This document shows, piece by piece, positions 26,013-32,000 of a stretch of DNA of 32,000 nt. The position numbers and the translations under genes are program-made. The stretch is from Promethearchaeum syntrophicum (GTDB lineage Archaea > Asgardarchaeota > Lokiarchaeia > Sigyniarchaeales > Promethearchaeaceae): positions 2,010,001 through 2,042,000 of the forward strand of contig NZ_CP042905.2 in assembly GCF_008000775.2 (NCBI RefSeq), in the 5' to 3' direction. The first letter of the stretch is position 1; every line of letters begins with the position of its first letter. The notes beneath the pieces were generated by a model. That model saw only the letters and a program-made list of their open reading frames with translations. It was not told the DNA's origin and did not search any database.

Positions 26013-26915
26013 ATGAATGAAAATAAAATGAGGTTTGATGTATTTCGAGGGTTAGGTGCATCAATATTAATTACCGGATTTAAAAAAGAATATTTGGAAA
26101 GAATTGCTCTTGAATTTTGCGCACAATCATCACTCCCCTCTGGTAAATCGGAAGCGGGTATTCATACTTTTCTCTCCCCCAATAAGACCCCTGATCATCG
26201 ATGGGGCGTAGTATGCAGTGTTTGGGTACAAAAAAATTTAGATGATGGGGATATATCATTAAAACTCCTAGTAAAATGTCTATTAGAAAGAATTTCCACT
26301 TCATTATTTCCAAAATTAGGGATTCGAGTTTTTTCTTGGACACCTAAACCTGTAGATTTTTATAATAATGAGAAAGAGCTCGGAGATTTCGGAGATGGTT
26401 ACAATAAATTAGAAGAGAAATTTGATAGGAAATTTCTTTCGATTCCAATGACTGGTGGAGATTTTTGGATAGAACGAAAAATTGGTATCCAACCAGGGTT
26501 CTTAGGTGCAGGGTTGTTTTTGTATTTTAAAACTATAAAATCTGCAATAAAAATTGAATCAAAAATATCAAATTTCTTATATAAGTTTTCCAATGTCGTT
26601 CAAATCTATGGATTAATTGCTTCTGGATCAAAGATCGGTGCGAAAAATATCAATAAGAAAAAAGTATTAATCTCTACCAATGACGCATATTGCCCTTCAT
26701 TAAAGAAACAATTTGGAAAGGAATCTAAGGTTCCTAAAGATGTAAACAGTATTACAGAAATTGTACTAAACAGTTTTTCAATAAATTCTCTAAAAACTGC
26801 ATTAAATTATCTTATGAGATATCTAAAAAAGAGAAAAAAAATCCTTAGTTTTATGCCAATATCTTATGATGAAGTTAAAGATTTATTCGATCTGGTTTCT
26901 CTTACTCTTGATTGA
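26013..26915 (+). CDS. ftr: Formylmethanofuran:tetrahydromethanopterin N-formyltransferase (Ftr) family protein, divergent
   Basis: 300-aa ORF. From my memory of Ftr sequences these blocks align: EAGIHTFLSPNKTPDHRWG (Ftr EAGI..vpPeeTPDGRpG), LLERI, FGDGYNKLEE...SIPMTGGDFWIERKIG (Ftr FGDGYeK...siPimsGdFlie.kiG), ASGSKIGAKN...STNDAYCPSLK (Ftr ASGSKvG...aSTNe..Cp.LK). Confidence 0.75.
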   Translation: MNENKMRFDVFRGLGASILITGFKKEYLERIALEFCAQSSLPSGKSEAGIHTFLSPNKTPDHRWGVVCSVWVQKNLDDGDISLKLLVKCLLERISTSLFPKLGIRVFSWTPKPVDFYNNEKELGDFGDGYNKLEEKFDRKFLSIPMTGGDFWIERKIGIQPGFLGAGLFLYFKTIKSAIKIESKISNFLYKFSNVVQIYGLIASGSKIGAKNINKKKVLISTNDAYCPSLKKQFGKESKVPKDVNSITEIVLNSFSINSLKTALNYLMRYLKKRKKILSFMPISYDEVKDLFDLVSLTLD

Positions 26916-27027
26916 ACATTTTCACAATAATCTGGAAATTTCTTATTTAAAATAAATTTTTTTGAAAAATAATAATTTAATCGTATATTGAGTTAAAAAC
27001 GTAAAAAATAGAATGATAGAAGTGAAT

Positions 27028-27273
27028 TTATAGAACTTTTTGTTCCTTAAGAAAATCCTCTATAAATTTTGGTGATTTATTAAAAATTTCGGCAATAACT
27101 TGCAGTGAAACTGCCTTGTTCATCCCCATAGTAGAATAATCCTTAAATAATTGAATCCACGTGCTTGTATCGCTTTCAAATTCTTTTGGGTGCACCTCTT
27201 GGATATGTTTCCAATAAGGTCTCCGCTTTAACTCCTGTTTACAGTAGGGACAGTATCTGGTTTTATCACTCAT
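27028..27273 (-). CDS. Small C2H2-type zinc-finger protein with a possible C-terminal helix-turn-helix
   Basis: 81-aa ORF. CPYCKQELKRRPYWKHIQEVH (C-x2-C-x12-H-x4-H). The C-terminal NKAVSLQVIAEIFNKSPKFIEDFLKEQ looks HTH-like. Confidence 0.55.
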   Translation of the reverse strand: MSDKTRYCPYCKQELKRRPYWKHIQEVHPKEFESDTSTWIQLFKDYSTMGMNKAVSLQVIAEIFNKSPKFIEDFLKEQKVL

Positions 27274-27417
27274 AAAGTTTCACCATGTTGAATTTTATAT
27301 CAACTATATGTAACCATTTCATCGCTTTCTTAAATGAATTATGATATTTTTTTTAAATGAATTACCCAAAGTTTTTTTTTCCCATAATGATAACTTGATT
27401 TTGGGGTTTTTTACAAA

Positions 27418-27828
27418 ATGATAATTAAAAAAAATAGCTTTAGTCTTCAGACAGATAGAAGAGAGCAATTTATTCCGATAACTGAAGAAGTTAATAGTTT
27501 CGTTCAAACTATTGGAGATCATATGATAGGAGGGTGTAAAATTTATATTCCTCACACTACAGCTGCAGTGATTGTAAATCAAATCGTAAATCCGGATGTG
27601 ATGAGAGATTTCCAAACATATTTAGATAGCCTTGTCCCTAAAAAACGAATGTTAAACGTTCAAGGGAATTCTGATGCCCATTTCAAAAGTTCCTTATTAG
27701 GAACTTTTGTTGAAATTCCAATTACAAAAGGGAAATTAAAACTTGGTGAATGGCAAGATATAATTTTTGCAGAATTTGATGGACCTAGGACGAGAACTGT
27801 TATGCTTCAAATTTGGGGTAAATTGTAG
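27418..27828 (+). CDS. yjbQ: YjbQ/UPF0047 family protein (secondary thiamine-phosphate synthase-like)
   Basis: 136-aa ORF with family motifs IPHTTAAVIVNQ, GNSDAHFKSSLLG and LGEWQDIIFAEFDGPRTR. The antisense ORF 27319-27615 is rejected. Confidence 0.85.
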   Translation: MIIKKNSFSLQTDRREQFIPITEEVNSFVQTIGDHMIGGCKIYIPHTTAAVIVNQIVNPDVMRDFQTYLDSLVPKKRMLNVQGNSDAHFKSSLLGTFVEIPITKGKLKLGEWQDIIFAEFDGPRTRTVMLQIWGKL

Positions 27829-27835
27829 TTTTTTT
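27829..27835 (+). terminator. Oligo-T tract (T7) immediately after the yjbQ stop
   Basis: TAG at 27826-27828 is followed by ttttttt. Weak evidence in an AT-rich genome. Confidence 0.3.
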
Positions 27836-27868
27836 GGATCAATTTTAACTATAAATTGGAGAAAATAG

Positions 27869-28012
27869 ATGATTTGTCCAAGGTGTCGTACAAAGGGGTT
27901 TCAAATTAAGATGAAAAATGTCAAAAGAAAAGGCGGGTTTCACAAAAATACTAAATTTTTATGTCCAAATTGTAATTATACTCGGATGAAAACCAATAAG
28001 AGAAAGCATTAA
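27869..28012 (+). CDS. Uncalled 47-aa basic zinc-ribbon protein
   Basis: My own translation: MICPRCRTKGFQIKMKNVKRKGGFHKNTKFLCPNCNYTRMKTNKRKH*. It has two CxxC pairs 26 residues apart and about one third Lys/Arg. GGAG lies 8 nt upstream of the ATG. It is below the ORF-track length cutoff and fills an otherwise empty 213-nt gap. Confidence 0.45.
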   Translation: MICPRCRTKGFQIKMKNVKRKGGFHKNTKFLCPNCNYTRMKTNKRKH

Positions 28013-28041
28013 AAGAAACACTATAAAATTTAAATTAATTT

Positions 28042-28638
28042 ATGATTTTTCAAGTAAAAAAATATTCTCAAAAACTATTGCTACCCTTGGGAAGAAAACT
28101 CTCAAATATTCCGGCCAATATTTTTACTATTCTTAGTTTGGTATTTTCCATTATTTCAGGATTAGGTTTTTATTTAGAAGTACTTCCTCTGATTATTATA
28201 TGCTTATTTTTAATCGAATTCTTTGATCAATTAGATGGTGTCATTGCTAGACTGCAAGGTCCAACAAAATTTGGAGCTTTTTTGGATTCAACTTTAGATA
28301 GATATGGAGATGCAGCTATTTTCATAGGGATTATTTTAGGAAGCTATATTACTCCAATTTTGGGATTAATAGCATTTATAGGAGCATTTTTAACGTCTTA
28401 TACTCGTGCGCGTATTGAAGGTTTACAAGACAAATCTTTGGGGGGAATTGGATTACTAGAAAGAACCGATAGAGTTCCATTATTAATGATCGGTGCAATT
28501 TTCCAGATATTTTATGCAGAGGCAATTTGGTGGATTATCATCATAATGATAATTGGAAGCCACATAACTGTTCTTCAACGAATGATTTATGCATACAAGA
28601 ATTTATCCCGAAAACAAGAAGAGAAGGTAATCATCTGA
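28042..28638 (+). CDS. CDP-alcohol phosphatidyltransferase family protein (archaeal polar-lipid head-group synthase type)
   Basis: 198-aa polytopic ORF. DQLDGVIARLQGPTKFGAFLDSTLDRYGD matches D-x2-D-G-x2-A-R...G-x3-D-x3-D, with the AR-to-G spacer one residue shorter than the PROSITE form. Confidence 0.9.
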   Translation: MIFQVKKYSQKLLLPLGRKLSNIPANIFTILSLVFSIISGLGFYLEVLPLIIICLFLIEFFDQLDGVIARLQGPTKFGAFLDSTLDRYGDAAIFIGIILGSYITPILGLIAFIGAFLTSYTRARIEGLQDKSLGGIGLLERTDRVPLLMIGAIFQIFYAEAIWWIIIIMIIGSHITVLQRMIYAYKNLSRKQEEKVII

Positions 28639-28641
28639 TAA

Positions 28642-28651
28642 TTTTTTTTTT
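28642..28651 (+). terminator. Oligo-T tract (T10) 3 nt after the stop of 28042-28638
   Basis: TGA at 28636-28638 is followed by ata then tttttttttt. It lies in the 19-nt gap shared with the convergent gene. Confidence 0.4.
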
Positions 28652-28657
28652 AAATTT

Positions 28658-29491
28658 TTATATTATTTTGTCAATTAAAGAAACAATTTGTTTAATTTTA
28701 TCATTTAGCCATTTTTCTTCAGGTTCTTTATGATTGATTTCAATATATTCAACAACTGACAAGAATAATGGAAAATAAAACCTTTTCAAGGAATTCAATA
28801 TTTTCTGAATTTCAAAAGGAATTTCCCCCGTTTCATCATAATAATTCTTTGAAAAGCTACATCTAAATGGTTCGGCTGATTTCCATGAAGAACCTAATAT
28901 TTTAAAAATCTCCTCATCATTTCTTATTTTTCTGATTGGTTGAATTAATTTTATTCCTAGGTTTTGCAGTAATTCTTTGAACAGAGAGAGAACTTCCGGA
29001 AGTTGATTAAGTTTTTTACGATCTCCGTGATATTCTCTTTCACCTGAAATGATTTTTGTGATTCCGAAATATTCTGCCACAGGGATCCTCATCATATGGA
29101 AAAAGAGATGGCAAGAGGGGCAAGGGGAATAATATCCGAAATATTTCTGGACTATTGCCATATTACGAACAATTAAAAGATCAAAGAGATTCGAAACATC
29201 TAAATATAAAAAATTGATGCTTTCTATATCTTCTTGGAGAATTAAATCCTTCACGGATTTAAAATGTTCAATAGGTTCAGATATATTTCCAAAGAAAGAA
29301 CGATGAAATATTCCAATCCCTAACAAATTTTTAATATCATATTTTCTAACTGCTTGAATAATTGCAGCAATACTATCTTTACCCGCAACTTCGCAAATGT
29401 AAAAAGATTCCCTATAATCTAATTTTGACCTTTGTTCGGAATAAAATTTATCAAGAGTAAATAATTCAAGAGTTTTTTCCAAAATCAGCAT
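28658..29491 (-). CDS. PP-loop / adenine-nucleotide alpha-hydrolase-like protein (degenerate SGGxDS = VAGKDS), function unknown
   Basis: 277-aa ORF. FYICEVAGKDSIAAIIQAVRKYD resembles the PP-loop strand-loop-helix. Downstream, SPCPSCHLFFHMMRIPVAEYFGITKIISGEREYH resembles the C-x2-C...A...G...i.tGh block of PP-loop ATPases. It is last in a three-gene operon. Confidence 0.4.
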   Translation of the reverse strand: MLILEKTLELFTLDKFYSEQRSKLDYRESFYICEVAGKDSIAAIIQAVRKYDIKNLLGIGIFHRSFFGNISEPIEHFKSVKDLILQEDIESINFLYLDVSNLFDLLIVRNMAIVQKYFGYYSPCPSCHLFFHMMRIPVAEYFGITKIISGEREYHGDRKKLNQLPEVLSLFKELLQNLGIKLIQPIRKIRNDEEIFKILGSSWKSAEPFRCSFSKNYYDETGEIPFEIQKILNSLKRFYFPLFLSVVEYIEINHKEPEEKWLNDKIKQIVSLIDKII

Positions 29492-29504
29492 CCCGTAAAA
29501 TTAT

Positions 29505-30485
29505 TTAGAAAAATGAAAAGATAAATTTATCAAAAATAGTAGGAGTTCTATCAAATTTAATCTGTTTAAAGAAATCTTCTAGTTTAAGTGCTTGAGAATA
29601 CATTTCTTCAAATTTTTTGAAGAAAATATCTGTTATCTCATGACTTCTTGAAATAAAAATACCTAAAAGTTTTTTACTTGGATCAATTGAAAATTGAATT
29701 AATTCGTTTGAATCGAGAATAATGAAATCACCACAAGATCCTTCGTAAATTCTAATCTCCCAAATGTTCTGAAAATTAATCTTAAATTCTTCAAATTTTG
29801 TGCTATAAAAAGAGAACATCTTCTTAAATTGAAGAATTTCTTGCGCACGTTCTTTAGATACTAGAATTCTATATTTTATTGATGGCATTTTTTTAAGAAT
29901 TGTTTTAACTAGTAACATTACATTTGAATATCCCTTTTCTTTCATATTTTTAGGATCTTTTAACATTTCAAATATTTTTTCGAAAGTTTTAATATCATAT
30001 TTTATGCCTCTGGTAAGAGAGAGCTCTTTTGAGTTTCCAATTATATCATTCTTAAGAAATTCAAATGCGTCGTCATTATCTAAAATATTTATATATTCCA
30101 CTGGAGGTAATGAATTTTCCTCACGGGTGATTTTATACGCAGATTTCATATCAACAAATGATTTTTCACATTTGTCAATTTTTAAATCACCTTCTGACCT
30201 AATACTGGTAATTTTCTCCGAAAGTAATTTTTCCCAAGCTGAAATAGGTTCATTGATCGTAATTTTCATTGGGCGATCATATACTTGAATTAAACCCAAT
30301 TGTTTTAATAGACTGAAAATCTTATAGATTCTCTTAATTGATAAATCCAAATTATTTGCTAATTCTTTTGGATTGTCAATTGATTGGTTTTTCAGAAGAT
30401 AATCATAGACGATTTCAACTCCTTTTTCTTTCACTTCAATTGAGCTGAAAATTTCAATCAAACTTGAAAATGAATTCTTCTCCAT
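29505..30485 (-). CDS. TrmB-like winged-helix protein with a ~220-aa uncharacterised C-terminal domain
   Basis: 326-aa ORF. The N-terminus GVEIVYDYLLKNQSIDNPKELANNLDLSIKRIYKIFSLLKQLGLIQVYDRPMKITINEP matches the TrmB-family wHTH pattern. There are 21 nt to the upstream GTPase gene and 13 nt to the downstream gene. Confidence 0.65.
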   Translation of the reverse strand: MEKNSFSSLIEIFSSIEVKEKGVEIVYDYLLKNQSIDNPKELANNLDLSIKRIYKIFSLLKQLGLIQVYDRPMKITINEPISAWEKLLSEKITSIRSEGDLKIDKCEKSFVDMKSAYKITREENSLPPVEYINILDNDDAFEFLKNDIIGNSKELSLTRGIKYDIKTFEKIFEMLKDPKNMKEKGYSNVMLLVKTILKKMPSIKYRILVSKERAQEILQFKKMFSFYSTKFEEFKINFQNIWEIRIYEGSCGDFIILDSNELIQFSIDPSKKLLGIFISRSHEITDIFFKKFEEMYSQALKLEDFFKQIKFDRTPTIFDKFIFSFF

Positions 30486-30506
30486 ATATATTATCCCTTC
30501 TATCCT

Positions 30507-31046
30507 CTATAAGCAATTACTTAACATTATATCTGTAAGTTCTTGGAAAACTTTCTCTACATTATCTCCCCTTTTAGCACTAACTTCAATATGACCAACG
30601 AGATTGTTCATATTAGCTGTTTGTTCACCGTGTTCATGAGGGATTTTTCGTGCATCTTCTAAATCAATTTTATTCCCTACAAGGTAAATTGGGATATCAT
30701 TATTTTTTTCCCTAATAATTTGAATCCAACTATCAAGAGCATCGAGTGTCTCAGGTCTGGTTATATCATATAAAAAGAACACACCACTACTACCTAAGCA
30801 ATACGTCGGAAGTAAAAACCGGAAACGTTTTTCACCTCCAAGATCCCAAATCTGGAGTTTTACTACTTTTTTTCCTTTTCCTTCTTTTGTATCGACTTCG
30901 ACGGTTTTTACATAAAATTCTACTCCAACTGTTAATCTAATATCAGGATTAAAGACCCCGGTAATATATCTTTCAGATAAGCTTGTCTTTCCCGTGGATT
31001 CAGAGCCTAACATTAAAATTTTAAACGTGAAATCAATTTTTGACAT
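30507..31046 (-). CDS. Rab/Ras-like small GTPase with atypical G3 (DLGGE)
   Basis: 179-aa ORF. G1 GSESTGKTS, switch I/RabF1-like LTVGVEF, G3 WDLGGEKRFR, G4 GNKIDL, G5 VSAKRG. Confidence 0.85.
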   Translation of the reverse strand: MSKIDFTFKILMLGSESTGKTSLSERYITGVFNPDIRLTVGVEFYVKTVEVDTKEGKGKKVVKLQIWDLGGEKRFRFLLPTYCLGSSGVFFLYDITRPETLDALDSWIQIIREKNNDIPIYLVGNKIDLEDARKIPHEHGEQTANMNNLVGHIEVSAKRGDNVEKVFQELTDIMLSNCL

Positions 31047-31214
31047 TTTAGTTTCCTTCTGATATGATATTGATAAAAAACTTGAGTTTTGCTTGTATGA
31101 TTATTTATGATTCCATAATATAAATTCGAGTTTATTTTTTTTTCTCTATATTGAAAAATTGTAAATTTTTAATATATATATTTTTAGAATTAAGTTAGAT
31201 AGTGAAAAAAATTC

Positions 31215-31820
31215 ATGGTAGAAGTAAAATTTGGACTAAAAAACCCTTATAAAGTATACATAGTGAGAAATTGGCGGGATCTTATAGATCAAATCAGAAT
31301 ATCATCAATATTTACTATTGGTTTATTAATTGTTGCAATTTATCAAAATATAATTCATAATAATACTAGAATTTATTTTTATATTTGGCCATTAATTAGT
31401 TTGATATTGTTAATCTATTTTTTAATTCCAACTTCTAAAATCACTTTTGATTTGGAAAAAAATTTCTGGAAGATACAATATTACGCAATTGTGCCGATTA
31501 AAAAGTTTGAAGGGACAATCTCATCGTTAACTAAAATAATATCAACTGAAAATATAGATGAGAGAAAAAAATATAAATATTCTTTAAAAAATTCGAAATT
31601 ATATTCTGATTTAAGTGTTTTAGAGTCGAATAATGAAGGTGAATATAAAAAAAAGATTATTTATTCCAATAAAACGTATAGTTATCAATCTCATAAATAT
31701 AATGTAAAGCAGAATGAAAAAATCGGAATAGTGCTCGAAAATTTTTTCCAAAATTTAAATATACAAATTGAATTTGAGAAATTATTTAATCATTTCCCAA
31801 ATACGAACATAAAAAAATAA
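31215..31820 (+). CDS. Hypothetical membrane protein (two predicted TM helices, Lys/Asn-rich C-terminal domain)
   Basis: 201-aa ORF. Hydrophobic segments ISSIFTIGLLIVAIYQNII and IYFYIWPLISLILLIYFLI. No family recognised. Confidence 0.45.
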   Translation: MVEVKFGLKNPYKVYIVRNWRDLIDQIRISSIFTIGLLIVAIYQNIIHNNTRIYFYIWPLISLILLIYFLIPTSKITFDLEKNFWKIQYYAIVPIKKFEGTISSLTKIISTENIDERKKYKYSLKNSKLYSDLSVLESNNEGEYKKKIIYSNKTYSYQSHKYNVKQNEKIGIVLENFFQNLNIQIEFEKLFNHFPNTNIKK

Positions 31821-31841
31821 TAAAAATATTAAATAATTATA

Positions 31842-32000
31842 GTGTCAAAAACAAAATCAACTAAAAAAACTAATATCGTATCTACTTCTTATGTTAGAAA
31901 TCAAGCTCGAAGGAAAGTACTACAAACAGAAGCAAAAAGAGAAAGAGAAGGTCGAAAATTAGGATTTTTTTTACTAAAAAACCAATTTAGAGAAAATTAT
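31842..32000 (+). CDS. Possible 5' end of a CDS running off the window (basic N-terminus)
   Basis: My own translation from GTG 31842: VSKTKSTKKTNIVSTSYVRNQARRKVLQTEAKREREGRKLGFFLLKNQFRENY, open to the window end. There is no stop and no recognisable family, so this is weak. Confidence 0.2.
   Translation, partial: MSKTKSTKKTNIVSTSYVRNQARRKVLQTEAKREREGRKLGFFLLKNQFRENY

Noticed and set aside
124-30940. Numerous 60-180-aa ORFs in the track that lie antisense to, or out of frame within, larger genes. Examples: 124-309, 962-1165, 1345-1533, 2426-2737, 3073-3261, 3372-3557, 4590-4811, 7140-7679, 7799-8173, 12099-12302, 14615-14836, 15707-16009, 16832-17038, 18661-18900, 18929-19117, 20568-20756, 21302-21508, 22178-22465, 23543-23728, 23840-24055, 24052-24249, 26080-26343, 26399-26593, 27319-27615, 28527-28733, 30004-30288, 30746-30940.
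   Set aside because: Each is fully or largely embedded in a longer ORF with clear family motifs. Their translations are low-complexity (F/I/L/S/K-rich), as expected for shadow frames of AT-rich coding DNA. None shows a recognisable motif.
1-32000. A search by eye for CRISPR arrays, tRNA/rRNA genes, tandem repeats and G+C-rich structured-RNA islands in all intergenic gaps. The largest gaps are 18305-18593, 19509-19731, 20002-20173, 20777-21007 and 31047-31214.
   Set aside because: I saw no regularly spaced direct repeats and no cloverleaf-compatible G+C-rich segments. The gaps are A/T-rich and, apart from the gene-end relics reported above, featureless. A covariance-model scan (tRNAscan-SE, Infernal/Rfam) would be needed to exclude small ncRNAs.

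Overview
Strongly AT-rich (roughly 30% G+C by eye, not computed), gene-dense window with about 32 protein genes on both strands. It looks like archaeal chromosome. Archaeal-type genes (Ftr-like formyltransferase, Hef/FANCM-type SF2 helicase, TrmB-like regulator, CDP-alcohol phosphatidyltransferase, PUA-NOL1/NOP2/Sun RNA methylase) sit beside eukaryote-style genes. These are a typical-LRR protein, an SCP2-like protein and two Rab/Ras-like small GTPases, one fused to a longin-like N-domain. As inference only, this mix suggests an Asgard (Lokiarchaeia-like) genome. Ordinary content: PiT phosphate permease with its DUF47 partner, CBS-pair protein, Old Yellow Enzyme, NudC, YjbQ, and a two-gene sarcosine-oxidase/proline-dehydrogenase-like flavoenzyme. 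I saw no rRNA, tRNA or CRISPR array. Points worth a second look: (1) a complete IS (5062-6538) with 19-bp terminal inverted repeats. (2) A 1490-aa protein combining a prenyltransferase-like repeat domain, about 1000 aa of helical sequence and a C-terminal membrane hairpin. (3) Two independent gene-end duplications. The helicase 5' end plus its promoter region recurs 1892 nt away, and the FAD-oxidoreductase 3' end recurs 1276 nt away. Each pair brackets a small cargo (vapBC plus a PD40 propeller gene; a double zinc-ribbon membrane protein), and both relics flank nudC. (4) A tight GTPase / TrmB-like / PP-loop-like operon. (5) An uncalled 47-aa zinc-ribbon ORF. All function calls come from reading motifs in the ORF translations; no database search was run.
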